Positions 8,924 through 18,537 are shown, counted from the stretch's first letter. The stretch: DNA of 61,134 bases from Candidatus Micrarchaeota archaeon (GCA_040754495.1 JBFMCO010000046.1:1-61134); one strand, 5' to 3'. The notes: generated by a model not told the origin, from the sequence alone. Numbers and translations: made by a program.

Positions 8924-10105
8924 ATGTCCAGATACAAGACTCATTACCGGAGGCACCGCCAGCCCGAGGCCGAAAAGCCTCCGGCCGACAAGAAGAGGAA
9001 GCTTTTCCTCCTGGTTCCGCCGCTCGTGGGAGCCGCGGTGGCTTACAACCAGCACCAGCAGATGAAGGCGAAGGCCGACGAGCTGCGCGGCTCCATCCAG
9101 AGGGAAAGGCAGGAGTTCACGAACAGCTACCTGCGGCAGTCGGTCTCGGTCGCCAGGGACATGATGCAGGATACGCAGTTCAGCCAGGCGGTCGCCGACC
9201 TCCGGGCCGGCAAAAGCATCGATTATCAGCGCCTCCGCGAGCTGGATGCCAGGATACTCCAGGAAAGGCCTGAATACGTCACGGACCTTGCGACTACGAT
9301 GCTGACCAGCGCTTTTACTATACGGAGGCTCCAGACGCAGTTGCAGCAGACCGAGCGCGACACGACGCCGAGCACGGCGAAGGCCTTCGCAATCGGGACC
9401 GGCCTTCCATACCTGGCGATGGCCCTTTTCGTAGTCTACAACGGCCTCAGGGCGAGGCTCGCTTCCAGGATGCGGGAAGCGCGTGCCGAAAAAACCGCAG
9501 AGCCTGAGGAAAGGCCGTCCGAGCCTCCGAGGCTGAGAAGCAAGCCTCCAATCGCGCTCCTTCCGGCCCCCAAAGATGAGAAACCAGCGGCTCCCGAGCC
9601 GGTCGTGGAGTTCCTGCCGGTGCGCCGGCCGGAAAAAAGCAGGGCGAGGGCGGAAGCCTCCGAAACGCCAGCCAAGGGCCTGCCGGCCCTGGATGCGTTC
9701 GCGGCCCCGGGGAGGCAAGACGGGAACGGGAAGAAGCGCAGCATGGAGAGCACGATATTCTCGGAAGAGTCCTCTGCCGAGCTCACGCCCAAGGGCTTCG
9801 ACCCGAAGGTCGTCGAGAAAGCGCTCATTCGCGCATTCAAGATACTGAGCAAGAACAGCATCCTGGTCGGCATGCGCTATGGCCAGGCTCCCGATGTGAA
9901 GAGGGACATCAAGCGGGCCGTCGGCGACGACTACCGGGCCGCCATGCTTCTTGCCCTCCTCGAGGAGGAGGGGATGCTTATCCGGCACAAGGGCGGGGAC
10001 TGCCTCAGCCTGAACCCGCACCCGGAAGGCGACCTCGGGAAGCTGATGGTGCGGGACATAACCGCGAATCTCGTCAGGATGGGGAAGACCAGAGTTTCCG
10101 CCTGA
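8924..10105 (+). CDS. Hypothetical membrane protein (basic N-terminus, two hydrophobic segments, Pro/Glu/Ala-rich linker, small C-terminal domain)
   Basis: 393-aa ORF that fills the gap between purH and the CDF gene, with a codon style like its neighbours. Confidence 0.7.
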   Translation: MSRYKTHYRRHRQPEAEKPPADKKRKLFLLVPPLVGAAVAYNQHQQMKAKADELRGSIQRERQEFTNSYLRQSVSVARDMMQDTQFSQAVADLRAGKSIDYQRLRELDARILQERPEYVTDLATTMLTSAFTIRRLQTQLQQTERDTTPSTAKAFAIGTGLPYLAMALFVVYNGLRARLASRMREARAEKTAEPEERPSEPPRLRSKPPIALLPAPKDEKPAAPEPVVEFLPVRRPEKSRARAEASETPAKGLPALDAFAAPGRQDGNGKKRSMESTIFSEESSAELTPKGFDPKVVEKALIRAFKILSKNSILVGMRYGQAPDVKRDIKRAVGDDYRAAMLLALLEEEGMLIRHKGGDCLSLNPHPEGDLGKLMVRDITANLVRMGKTRVSA

Positions 10106-10107
10106 GC

Positions 10108-11004
10108 TCAATGCTCTTTTTTCCTGTGCCTCAGCATGTGGCACATGTTCTGGCTCCGGCATGAGCAGCCGAAGGGCTCGAACTGCACGGTGGCGTGAGA
10201 GATGCCGAACTCGCGATGGAGCTTCTCCTCGATTTTCAGGGACATGGCCCTCGCATCGATAAGCTCCACGTTCTCCGTCTCCACGTGCATCATAGCGAAC
10301 ACGAATTCCGAGCACGTGCGCCAGACATGCACGTCATGCACGCCCTTAACCCCGCTCACGGACATCACCGAGGCCGTTATCTTCTCGGTCCCGGTCTCGT
10401 AAGGCGCGGACTCGAGCAGTATGGAGAGCGAGCTGCGCAGCAGCTTGTACGCGCTGAACGTGATTATGCTCGCGACAAGGAGGCTCACCGCGACGTCTAT
10501 GACGAACTCGCCGGTCAGCATGATGAGAACCGCCCCTATGATGACGCCGACGGAGGACAGGGCATCCCCGGCCGCATGGATGAATGCGCTGCGCACGTTC
10601 AGGTTCTCCTCGTGCTGGAGGTGGTACGCGACGTATATGTTGCCGGCAAGGCCGATCAGCGAGGTGAGCAGCATCGGAAGCCCATGGACCGGATAGCCGG
10701 CGCCAAAGCGCTGGAACGCCTCATAGGCTATCAGGCCGGCCATGAGAACCAGCAGCGTCCCGTTGAAAAGCGCCGCGAAGACCTCTGCCCTGTGGAACCC
10801 GAAGGTCCTCCGGTCGCTCGGCGCCCGGAGCGCGAGCCACATGGCCGAGAGCGACGCCCCGATTGCGAGGATGTCCGAGAACACGTGCGCGGAATCGCCA
10901 AGCAGCGCCAGGCTGTTCGAGTAATAGTATCCCGCGAGCTGGACAGCCAGCACGGCCGCGGTCACGATGAAGGCCCTGCCCATCTCCCTGATGCCGTCTT
11001 CCAT
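10108..11004 (-). CDS. Cation diffusion facilitator family transporter (CzcD-like)
   Basis: SLALLGDSAHVFSD, TFGFHRAE, NVRSAFIHAAGD, VHDVHVW and HATVQFE. Start moved to MEDGIRE (11004). Confidence 0.92.
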   Translation of the reverse strand: MEDGIREMGRAFIVTAAVLAVQLAGYYYSNSLALLGDSAHVFSDILAIGASLSAMWLALRAPSDRRTFGFHRAEVFAALFNGTLLVLMAGLIAYEAFQRFGAGYPVHGLPMLLTSLIGLAGNIYVAYHLQHEENLNVRSAFIHAAGDALSSVGVIIGAVLIMLTGEFVIDVAVSLLVASIITFSAYKLLRSSLSILLESAPYETGTEKITASVMSVSGVKGVHDVHVWRTCSEFVFAMMHVETENVELIDARAMSLKIEEKLHREFGISHATVQFEPFGCSCRSQNMCHMLRHRKKEH

Positions 11005-11005
11005 C

Positions 11006-11962
11006 TCACAACCTCTTCGCATAGCTCTCGGCGAGCAGGACGTACCTGTCCATCTTCTGCCTCGCCGCATCGTCCGTCCTCTGCAGCCACTCGATTGCAG
11101 AAATCTTGGCCCGTACGTTGGCCCTGTAGCACTTGTAGAACGGGAGGAGGGTTTCGAGTTCGGGGTCCTGCGTCCTGGAGATGTACTCCTCCACGAAGGC
11201 GGACGACAAGTCCTCCCTTCCGGCGTAATCGAGGTCCATGGCCATGAAAGCGACGTCGCTCGCCACGTCTATGCAACGGAAGTCCCTGCTGAACTCGATG
11301 CAGTCCACGACCTTTATGCCGTCCTCGAAGAAGACGTTGGCGGAGTGCAAATCGCCATGGCAGTCGCGGACCATGCCGCCCTCCATGCGCCTGCGGAGCA
11401 GCGCCCCGTTCCTTCTTATGAACATGGCAGAGCGCGAGAGTATGCCATCCACCCATTTTCCGAGGCCCGACGCCTTCTCTATCGTGTCCCTGTGCAGGGA
11501 CAGGTCGGCAATCTGGGAAGCTATCATCTCCGGAGAGTTGTATTCCCCGCCTGCCGGCTTCTCCTTCATGTGGAAATCCGCCACGACGCCGGCAAGCCTC
11601 CGGACATCCTTCTCTTCAAGCGTGCCCAGGGAGAGCATCCTGTCCATCATCCTCCCCTCCGGGAGGCGCTTCATCTTCACAGCGTATTCTGCAATCTCGC
11701 CGCTTCCCTCGAAGGAAAGGCGGCCATGGTCCAGGTATAGCGGAACGACTCCGAGATAGACGTCCTGCGCGAGCCTGCGGTTGAGGCGGACCTCCTCCTC
11801 ACAGAAAAACCGTCTCTTCTCAAGCGTGGAGAAATCAAGGAAGGAGAAGCTCACCGGCTTCTTCACCTTGTAAACGACCTTCTCGCCGAGCAGGACCCAC
11901 GAGATGTGCGTCTCGATGAGGGAGAACCCCCCGCCGGCAGCAAGCGCCGCGATATTATCCAT
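11006..11962 (-). CDS. Aminoglycoside-phosphotransferase-like kinase (COG2187-type)
   Basis: IETHISWV, VYKVKKPV, EVRLNRRLA, RDCHGDLH, DCIEF and DVAFMAMDL. Confidence 0.85.
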   Translation of the reverse strand: MDNIAALAAGGGFSLIETHISWVLLGEKVVYKVKKPVSFSFLDFSTLEKRRFFCEEEVRLNRRLAQDVYLGVVPLYLDHGRLSFEGSGEIAEYAVKMKRLPEGRMMDRMLSLGTLEEKDVRRLAGVVADFHMKEKPAGGEYNSPEMIASQIADLSLHRDTIEKASGLGKWVDGILSRSAMFIRRNGALLRRRMEGGMVRDCHGDLHSANVFFEDGIKVVDCIEFSRDFRCIDVASDVAFMAMDLDYAGREDLSSAFVEEYISRTQDPELETLLPFYKCYRANVRAKISAIEWLQRTDDAARQKMDRYVLLAESYAKRL

Positions 11963-12452
11963 GCACGAACCCCTCCACAAGCCTCAGCCGCTCCTTCATC
12001 GGAAGGGACGAATCCAGCTTAAGATGCGCCGCGCCGATGGGCTCGAACGCTTCCTTCAGCTTCAGGTATACGGAAAAATCAGCGTCGCTCGGCCCCCCCT
12101 TCTTCCTCCGCGAGAGCCTCCTGCGGACCTCGTCCTCGGGAAGGGCGCAGAGCACGAGCCATGCCTTCGCGCCGCTCTGGGATGCGAGTTCCGAGAACCT
12201 CTCCCTCTCGCTCCTCTTGTGGAACGTAGCATCCACCACGACCGCGCTTTTTCCGGAAGAAAGCGCTTCCCGGGCCAGCCGCTCCATCTCGGAATAGACA
12301 GCGGCCTTCTCCTCGGGGGTGTATTTAGGCATGCCGAACATCCTCTTTCTGACAATATCGCTGCTGATGTGGACGGCCGAGAATCTCCTCGTGAGGGCCC
12401 GTGCCAGGGTGGTCTTGCCGCTCCCGGGAAGGCCGCAAACGATTATAAGCAT
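11955..12452 (-). CDS. P-loop kinase, AAA_33/COG0645-type
   Basis: The likely start is MLIIVCGLPGSGKTT (12452). Contains SSDIVRK, VVDATF and SDADFSVY. The longer track ORF is a shadow over the GGR gene. Confidence 0.85.
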   Translation of the reverse strand: MLIIVCGLPGSGKTTLARALTRRFSAVHISSDIVRKRMFGMPKYTPEEKAAVYSEMERLAREALSSGKSAVVVDATFHKRSERERFSELASQSGAKAWLVLCALPEDEVRRRLSRRKKGGPSDADFSVYLKLKEAFEPIGAAHLKLDSSLPMKERLRLVEGFVHG

Positions 12453-12497
12453 GATTCTTAATACCTCTATAACTTTAATAAACGAGTTTTTGGTGAG

Positions 12498-13721
12498 ATG
12501 ATGGCAGAAGAATACGACGTCATAGTAATAGGCGGCGGGCCGTCCGGCTCTTCGGCAGCTTCGTTCCTGGCCAAGGCCGGGAAGAAGGTCCTCCTGCTTG
12601 ACCGGGCGAAGTTCCCGAGGGACAAGACGTGCGGCGACGGCATAAGCGGCCGCTCGGTCTCGGTCCTGAAGGAAATGGGGGTGCTTGACGACTTCAAGGG
12701 AGCCGAGCACCAGGACATGTTCGGGGTTACGTTCTCCTCCCCGAAAGGGACTGTGGTCCCGATATCGTCCAGGAAGGAGGGGATGAAGGACGCGCCGGGC
12801 TTCGTCTGCAGGCGCGAGGTGTTCGACAACGTCCTTTTCCAGTTCGCTAAAAAGCGCGTGGCAAGATGCATCGAGGGCTTCATAGCCACCGACCTCATCA
12901 TGGACGGCGGCCGCGTCGCGGGAGTGAAAGGCAAGCTCGAGGGCAAGGACGTCGAGTTCCGCGCCAAGGTCGTGGTCGGCGCTGACGGCGCGGCCGGGAT
13001 AACCGCCAGGAAGCTGAACTCGCTCAACGACGACGAGGGCCACCAGTGCGCGGCCATACGCTGCTATTACGACAACGTGGGCGGCATGGGGGACAAAATC
13101 GAGCTCCATTTCATTGACGGCGTCCTCCCCGGCTACTTCTGGATATTTCCGCTTCCGGACAGGAGGGCGAACGTAGGCATCGGGATGCTGGTCAAGGACA
13201 TGAAGAAAAAGAAGACGAACCTGCAGAAGCTCATGCTGGACACCATCGAGAAGCACCCCGCCTTCCAGGAGCGCTTCAAGGGTTCGAAGAGGATAAGCGA
13301 CGTCAAGAGCTGGATACTGCCTCTCGCCTCCAAGAGGATGAACCTTGTCGGCGACGGGTACGTTCTTGTCGGGGATGCGGCCTCGCTCATCGACCCGTTC
13401 TCCGGGGAAGGCATAGGGAACGCCCTGACGAGCGGAAAGTACGCGTCGCAGGTCATCCTGAAGGCGTTCGAGAAGAACGACTTCTCCGCGGCCGTCCTTT
13501 CAGAATACCCGAAACTGCTATGGGAGAACATAGGCAACGAAATCGACACCAACTACCGGATGCAGAAGCTGGCCAACAACAAATTCCTGCTCAACCTCAT
13601 AATAGGGAAGGCCGGGAGGAGCGAGGAGATACGCCACGTCATCAGCGACGCGCTCATCGACCCGCACAACCACAAGAAGCTCATCGACCCGCTCTTCATC
13701 GTGCGCGCGCTCCTCGCCTGA
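12498..13721 (+). CDS. Geranylgeranyl reductase family FAD-dependent oxidoreductase
   Basis: VIGGGPSGS, FPRDKTCGDG, GADG, PGYFWIFP and VGDAASLIDPFSGEGI. Confidence 0.9.
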   Translation: MMAEEYDVIVIGGGPSGSSAASFLAKAGKKVLLLDRAKFPRDKTCGDGISGRSVSVLKEMGVLDDFKGAEHQDMFGVTFSSPKGTVVPISSRKEGMKDAPGFVCRREVFDNVLFQFAKKRVARCIEGFIATDLIMDGGRVAGVKGKLEGKDVEFRAKVVVGADGAAGITARKLNSLNDDEGHQCAAIRCYYDNVGGMGDKIELHFIDGVLPGYFWIFPLPDRRANVGIGMLVKDMKKKKTNLQKLMLDTIEKHPAFQERFKGSKRISDVKSWILPLASKRMNLVGDGYVLVGDAASLIDPFSGEGIGNALTSGKYASQVILKAFEKNDFSAAVLSEYPKLLWENIGNEIDTNYRMQKLANNKFLLNLIIGKAGRSEEIRHVISDALIDPHNHKKLIDPLFIVRALLA

Positions 13722-13784
13722 TTCCCCCGCTCTTTTTCTTTCCCCTCCCTTCCCCATCCCATTTTTTAACCCTGCCACCCTACT

Positions 13785-14885
13785 ATGGACATGAGAGCCG
13801 TAATAGTACTTGCTGTTTTTGCGCTGCTGGCCGTACTTGTCTTTCCCGGCGTTGTGCTGGCTGGCGAAAAGCCACCGCCCCCGGACGGAGGGCCCGCTCA
13901 AGAAGAAGACGATACCAAGGACGAGATGGACGTGGCCGTCAACCTTTCCTGCGGTGGCAACCTCGTCACGGTGTCCGACTTCGCGTTGGACCCGCTTGAG
14001 GGCGCGCACGTTGTGGTCAGGGACGTGTCGGACGCATCATATGTGGCTGTTGGGGACACAGGCAGCGAAGGAACGTTTGCCTTCGACGCCTGCGGGAAAA
14101 AGGTCGACATCAAAATCACCCTTTCAGGCTACAGCGCCGTGCTGCAGACGATGAACCTCGTCGAGTGCAGCGAATGCAGGGAGGGCAGCTGCACATCCGA
14201 CGCCCAGTGCCCCGCAGACCAGCAGTGCGCGGACGGATACTGTGCGACGCTTCCCTGCGAATGCGGCGTCGCGGACAACCATGCGTGCATCCAGTACGAA
14301 TGCTGCTCGGACGGGGATTGCCCGGAAACCCAGTATTGCGACATTCCGGTCGGCGCGGCGGCCGGCTCCTGCAGGGATGTAAGCGGCTGCGGCAGCGTGC
14401 TGAACCACACGCTTGTGCCATACCGCTGCGGCAACGCTCCTGACTGCCCGCTATGCCCGGAGGGCTACATCTGCATCAATAACGGCTGTCTGCAGGGCAA
14501 CGTCACCTGCCCGGCAACGGCAATTGTGGGCGACCAGAAGGATTGCAGCGCGATGGAAAACGGGGAGCCCTGCGTGGACTGCGACTATGAGGTGACAGAC
14601 CCAACTGGCAAGAAATCAGCCGGCAAGACAGGCGAGAACGGGAGTTTCCTCCTTCCGTTAAGCATGGCCGGTGCGTACAACGTCACGCTGCTGAGCAACG
14701 GCACGCTGCTGAAGACGATTCAGGTGAACGTCTTACCCGGCGCAGGAATGGACGGTGCGGACAAGGGCTCCCTAAGCTTCGATTTCATGCCCTTCGTCTG
14801 GCTGCTGGCGATAATCGTGCTTGCGGCTCTGCTGGTACTCTACTGGAGGGGCAGGGCCCCGGAGAAGCCTAAGGAGAAAGCCTGA
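13785..14885 (+). CDS. Cys-rich surface protein with signal peptide and C-terminal TM anchor
   Basis: N-terminal hydrophobic signal, more than 20 Cys in repeated CxxDxxC clusters, beta-sandwich-like flanks, and a C-terminal TM followed by a basic tail. Confidence 0.8.
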   Translation: MDMRAVIVLAVFALLAVLVFPGVVLAGEKPPPPDGGPAQEEDDTKDEMDVAVNLSCGGNLVTVSDFALDPLEGAHVVVRDVSDASYVAVGDTGSEGTFAFDACGKKVDIKITLSGYSAVLQTMNLVECSECREGSCTSDAQCPADQQCADGYCATLPCECGVADNHACIQYECCSDGDCPETQYCDIPVGAAAGSCRDVSGCGSVLNHTLVPYRCGNAPDCPLCPEGYICINNGCLQGNVTCPATAIVGDQKDCSAMENGEPCVDCDYEVTDPTGKKSAGKTGENGSFLLPLSMAGAYNVTLLSNGTLLKTIQVNVLPGAGMDGADKGSLSFDFMPFVWLLAIIVLAALLVLYWRGRAPEKPKEKA

Positions 14886-14992
14886 TTTTTATTGTTTTTG
14901 AAGGTCGAAAATACTGCCGGCTTCAGCCCGCGGCTAGCGAGCCCCATCCTCAGAAACGCAAGCGCTTTTATCCTTCCCTCCTTAATCCCCCC

Positions 14993-16339
14993 ATGCAGAA
15001 GTTCGACCTTATCGTGATTGGCGCAGGCTCGGGGCTGGACGTCATGGCGGCCGCTGCCGGCCGCGGGATGAAAGTGGCCCTCGTAGAGGAAGGGCCGATG
15101 GGCGGAACGTGCCTCAACCGCGGATGCATCCCATCAAAGATACTCATCCATGCCGCGGACGTCATGCAGGCGATAAGGAGCGCGCACAAGTTCGGCATCA
15201 GCGTCGGCAAGGTCTCGGTGGATTTCAAAAAAACCATGGCACGCGCCCGGATGGTGGACGAGGAGGCCGCCCAGATAGAGGCCAATATCAGGAAATCGAA
15301 AAGCATCACCCTGTTCAAGGAGCGGGCGGTATTCAGCGGGCAAAAGACTATCCGGCTCAAGGGCGGGGAGATCACGTCGGACAAAATAGTGATTGCGGCA
15401 GGCACGAGGCCGGCAGTCCCGCCAATCGAGGGGCTGGACAAGGTCCCTTTCATGACGAGCGACGGGGCCCTGCGCGCGGAGCGTCTCCCGGAAAAGCTCA
15501 TCGTAATCGGCGGCGGCTACATCGCGTGCGAGCTTGCCCATTTCTTCGGCTCCATGGGGTCCTCGATAACCATACTCCAGCGCAACGTGCGCCTGCTCCC
15601 TGACGAGGACGAGGAGATATCGGCGAAATTCACCGAGCTTTTCTCGAAGCAGCACGAGGTGCACCTGAAATTCGCGGTGAAGCGCGTGGAGAAGACGGGC
15701 GGGAAGATAATAGTCTATGACGCCGATGGAAACAGCGTCGAGGGCACCGACCTCATGATAGCCACGGGCCGGGTGCCGAACTCGGACATCCTTGACGTCT
15801 CTAAGACCGGGGTGAAGACGAACAAGCACGGCTACATAGAGACGAACGAATTCCTTGAGACCAATGTCCCAGGCATCTGGGCCTTCGGCGACATCGCAGG
15901 CAAATACCTCTTCAAGCACTCTGCGAACCTGGAGGCCGAATACGTAACCATCGCGCTCATCACGCCCCAGCACAGGCATCCAGTGGATTATACCGCGATG
16001 CCCCACGCGGTCTTCTCCAGTCCGCAGGTCGCAGGAGTCGGGGCGACCGAGCAGGAGCTGAAGGAAAAAGGGGTCGATTACCTTGTCGGCAGGTACAAGT
16101 ACGCGGACACCGGCATGGGCGAGGCCATGGCCGAGGAAGACGGCTTCGTGAAATTCCTTGCAGATTACGAGGGCAAAATCCTCGGCTGCCACATCATCGG
16201 GCCCGAGGCTTCGACCCTCATCCACGAGGTGCTCGTCTCGATGAAGGCAGGGAAAAGCCACGTCAATGACATCGTGAACACGGTCCACATCCACCCGGCA
16301 TTGAGCGAAGTAGTGCAGCGCGGTGCCGGCTCCGTCTAG
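14993..16339 (+). CDS. Class I pyridine nucleotide-disulfide oxidoreductase (dihydrolipoamide dehydrogenase/mycothione reductase-like)
   Basis: GAGSG, GGTCLNRGCIPSK redox-active CxxxxC, GGGYIA, WAFGD and C-terminal HIHPALSE. Confidence 0.9.
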   Translation: MQKFDLIVIGAGSGLDVMAAAAGRGMKVALVEEGPMGGTCLNRGCIPSKILIHAADVMQAIRSAHKFGISVGKVSVDFKKTMARARMVDEEAAQIEANIRKSKSITLFKERAVFSGQKTIRLKGGEITSDKIVIAAGTRPAVPPIEGLDKVPFMTSDGALRAERLPEKLIVIGGGYIACELAHFFGSMGSSITILQRNVRLLPDEDEEISAKFTELFSKQHEVHLKFAVKRVEKTGGKIIVYDADGNSVEGTDLMIATGRVPNSDILDVSKTGVKTNKHGYIETNEFLETNVPGIWAFGDIAGKYLFKHSANLEAEYVTIALITPQHRHPVDYTAMPHAVFSSPQVAGVGATEQELKEKGVDYLVGRYKYADTGMGEAMAEEDGFVKFLADYEGKILGCHIIGPEASTLIHEVLVSMKAGKSHVNDIVNTVHIHPALSEVVQRGAGSV

Positions 16340-16710
16340 TTCACGACCGTTTCAAGGAGCGGCTTCCTTTCCGCGAACAGGCTGCCCGGCGCGAGGCCTA
16401 CCGAGAAGAACGGCGCAAGGACATTCGAGCACTGGAAGATGACCTTTAGCCTCGGATTCATGATGTTTTCGAAGGTCTCCTCGTCCAGGCTGAGGTTGAG
16501 GTCCCACGCGCCTCCCTTCGGGCCGCCTTCCGGCGGTGCCATGGTCTTCAGAAGGAAATCAGCGCACGCCCCGTTTTCAGGGCAGTACGTGCGCAGCCTG
16601 ACCATCTGCGCGGACTGCACCCTGGTGAATGCGCGCACATCGAGCTTTATCGTGATTTTGTCGAACGGCTCCCCGATTCTCTTTCCGTCCTCCTTCTTCG
16701 CAGGAATCAT
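16336..16710 (-). CDS. Hypothetical protein
   Basis: 124-aa ORF, convergent with the oxidoreductase and overlapping its stop by 4 bp. Confidence 0.55.
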   Translation of the reverse strand: MIPAKKEDGKRIGEPFDKITIKLDVRAFTRVQSAQMVRLRTYCPENGACADFLLKTMAPPEGGPKGGAWDLNLSLDEETFENIMNPRLKVIFQCSNVLAPFFSVGLAPGSLFAERKPLLETVVN

Positions 16711-16865
16711 GCCGACCGCCTCACTATTTTTTTCGTAATTCCGTGGGGAATCGGGAATTTATATAATTTTGTCGGTTTCGGACGTAATAAAATCCGAAAA
16801 ATGCGATTTCCGGAAAAATTTTCCAGCCGCACGACGTTTATTAACCGGAAGGCAGAATCGCTTCC

Positions 16866-17846
16866 ATGCGTTTTTTCCTGGTCATGGCCGCGGCCATGCT
16901 TCTGGGCTGCATGATGCAGGAAAGCCCCCCTGCGAACCCGCAGAATGTCACGGCAACGCCCGAAGGAAGCACTACTGCGCTCCAGAATACGTCTAACGCA
17001 ACCACCCCGCCCACGAACACATCGGAACTGAACGCAAACCTTCCGCAAAACGGCACGAACATAACAATCGCCACCTTCAACATCCAGATTTTCGGCGAAT
17101 CCAAGCGCTCGAAGCCCGAAGTGATGGACGTTCTCGCGAAGGCCGCGAGGCGCTACGATGTCATGGTGGTGCAGGAGCTGCGCGACGACACCGAGACGAC
17201 GCTCCCCATTTACGTGGAGAAAATCAATTCCCTGCCCGGCCCGCGCTATGATGCGGTCTCGAGCCCGCGCCTCGGCCGCACGTCCAGCAAGGAGAACTAC
17301 GCTTTTGTCTATAACACCGAGACCGTCATCCTGGTTCCCGGAAGCAACTATACCTTCGCCGACCCCCCGGCCGGTTCCAGCGCCGACATTTTCCAGCGCG
17401 AGCCCTTCATCGCCCGGTTCGTTTCCGGCGGCTTCGATTTCGCGCTCATCACGATCCACACCGACCCGGACGAGACGCCGCAGGAGCTGGACGATTTGCC
17501 CCTCGCCCTCGCGGACGCGCAGGCCCGTTTCCCGGACGAGGACGATTTCATAATGCTCGGGGACATGAACGCTGACTGCGCCTATCTCAGGCCGTCGCAC
17601 AATGTCTCGCTGCGCAACTACTCGTTCGTTTGGCTGGTGCCCGACGATGCGGACACCACCACGAAATCGACCGACTGCGCCTACGACCGCATCGTGCTCA
17701 TGAATTCGACAATGGAGGATTACTCCGGGCAGTGGGGGGTCTTCCGCTTCGATACGGAATACGGCCTGAACCAGAGCTTCACGGAAAGCGTGTCGGACCA
17801 TTACCCGGTCTGGGCAACGTTCAATAGCGACAGGGACACGGGCTAG
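16866..17846 (+). CDS. Secreted DNase I-family nuclease (EEP superfamily), lipoprotein-like
   Basis: LLGC lipobox-like signal and T/N/P-rich linker, followed by IATFNIQIFG, VQELRD, LGRTSSKENYAFVY, FQREPF, IHT, GDMNADC, CAYDRIV and VSDHYPV. Confidence 0.9.
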   Translation: MRFFLVMAAAMLLGCMMQESPPANPQNVTATPEGSTTALQNTSNATTPPTNTSELNANLPQNGTNITIATFNIQIFGESKRSKPEVMDVLAKAARRYDVMVVQELRDDTETTLPIYVEKINSLPGPRYDAVSSPRLGRTSSKENYAFVYNTETVILVPGSNYTFADPPAGSSADIFQREPFIARFVSGGFDFALITIHTDPDETPQELDDLPLALADAQARFPDEDDFIMLGDMNADCAYLRPSHNVSLRNYSFVWLVPDDADTTTKSTDCAYDRIVLMNSTMEDYSGQWGVFRFDTEYGLNQSFTESVSDHYPVWATFNSDRDTG

Positions 17847-18223
17847 TTGCACGCCCGCATTATCGCCTCTTCGAGAGGCCTCTGCTCAGAAAGCAGGCGG
17901 CCCGGGCTGATGCCCTCCACCCTGAAGCTGGCGGTTGCCTTGCTGTGCCTGAACACGACGTCGTGGCCGGGTTCGAGCGCGTCCTTGAGCATGCTCCAGC
18001 CGAGCTTCGCCGCGACTGTTGCCGGGTCGTCCCTCAGGCCGGCCCGATTCTGCACGTTCCTGAGCACCAGACTGACCGAGCAGTTCATCTCGGGGCATAT
18101 GGCGTGGAGCAGGACGTATTTCGACCATTTCATGCGGTTTACGTCGTCGGCTTTCTCGAGCTCGATGAGTACGGGCTCCTTCCCCACCATGGAGCCCTTT
18201 ACGGTCTTTTTGCGCCGAGGCAT
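17843..18223 (-). CDS. Hypothetical protein
   Basis: The likely start is MPRRKK (18223). The longer track ORF runs through tRNA-Tyr and the repeats. Confidence 0.6.
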   Translation of the reverse strand: MPRRKKTVKGSMVGKEPVLIELEKADDVNRMKWSKYVLLHAICPEMNCSVSLVLRNVQNRAGLRDDPATVAAKLGWSMLKDALEPGHDVVFRHSKATASFRVEGISPGRLLSEQRPLEEAIMRACN

Positions 18224-18273
18224 GTTTTTTTGTTGTCGGCACGGATTTTTAAAAGTTGGTTGTTTGTGGGTTC

Positions 18274-18315
18274 GGAACCCAAAACCGGAAACAGAAAACT
18301 GGAAACCCGAAACCG
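18274..18315. repeat. Degenerate 7-bp tandem array, 6 units
   Basis: GGAACCC AAAACCG GAAACAG AAAACTG GAAACCC GAAACCG. Confidence 0.85.
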
Positions 18316-18330
18316 GTTGCCGGAAAAATA

Positions 18331-18466
18331 TCCCGTCGGCCTGACTTGAACAAGCAACCTTCCCGTATCCACTCGTAAAAACCGAGGAAACCAAACTACA
18401 GCGGGACGCTCTGCCATTACCCCTTGGCGATTGCGAAAGCAGCCGCCAAAATTGAGCTACGACGGG
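18331..18466 (-). tRNA. tRNA-Tyr(GTA) with two introns (18417-18451, 35 nt, D-loop 15/16; 18367-18395, 29 nt, canonical 37/38)
   Basis: The spliced 72-nt cloverleaf is CCCGTCG TA GCTC AATGGCA GAGC G TCCCG CTGTAGA CGGGA AGGTT GCTTG TTCAAGT CAGGC CGACGGG A. The D-loop intron has a clear BHB (GCTC/GGGT helix with AAT bulges). Confidence 0.9.
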
Positions 18467-18537
18467 TGACACGCCCCACGCTGGGGGCAAATATCACATA
18501 CTAACGCGCCTGAAGTCCTTAAAAAACTGCCGTCGCA

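Noticed and set aside
12453-13256. N-terminal extension of the 433-aa kinase ORF
   Set aside because: It is antisense to the geranylgeranyl reductase gene; the P-loop protein starts at 12452.
18367-18395. Nested third intron inside the tRNA-Tyr canonical intron
   Set aside because: The inner CTCG/CGAG hairpin could not be given a convincing BHB.
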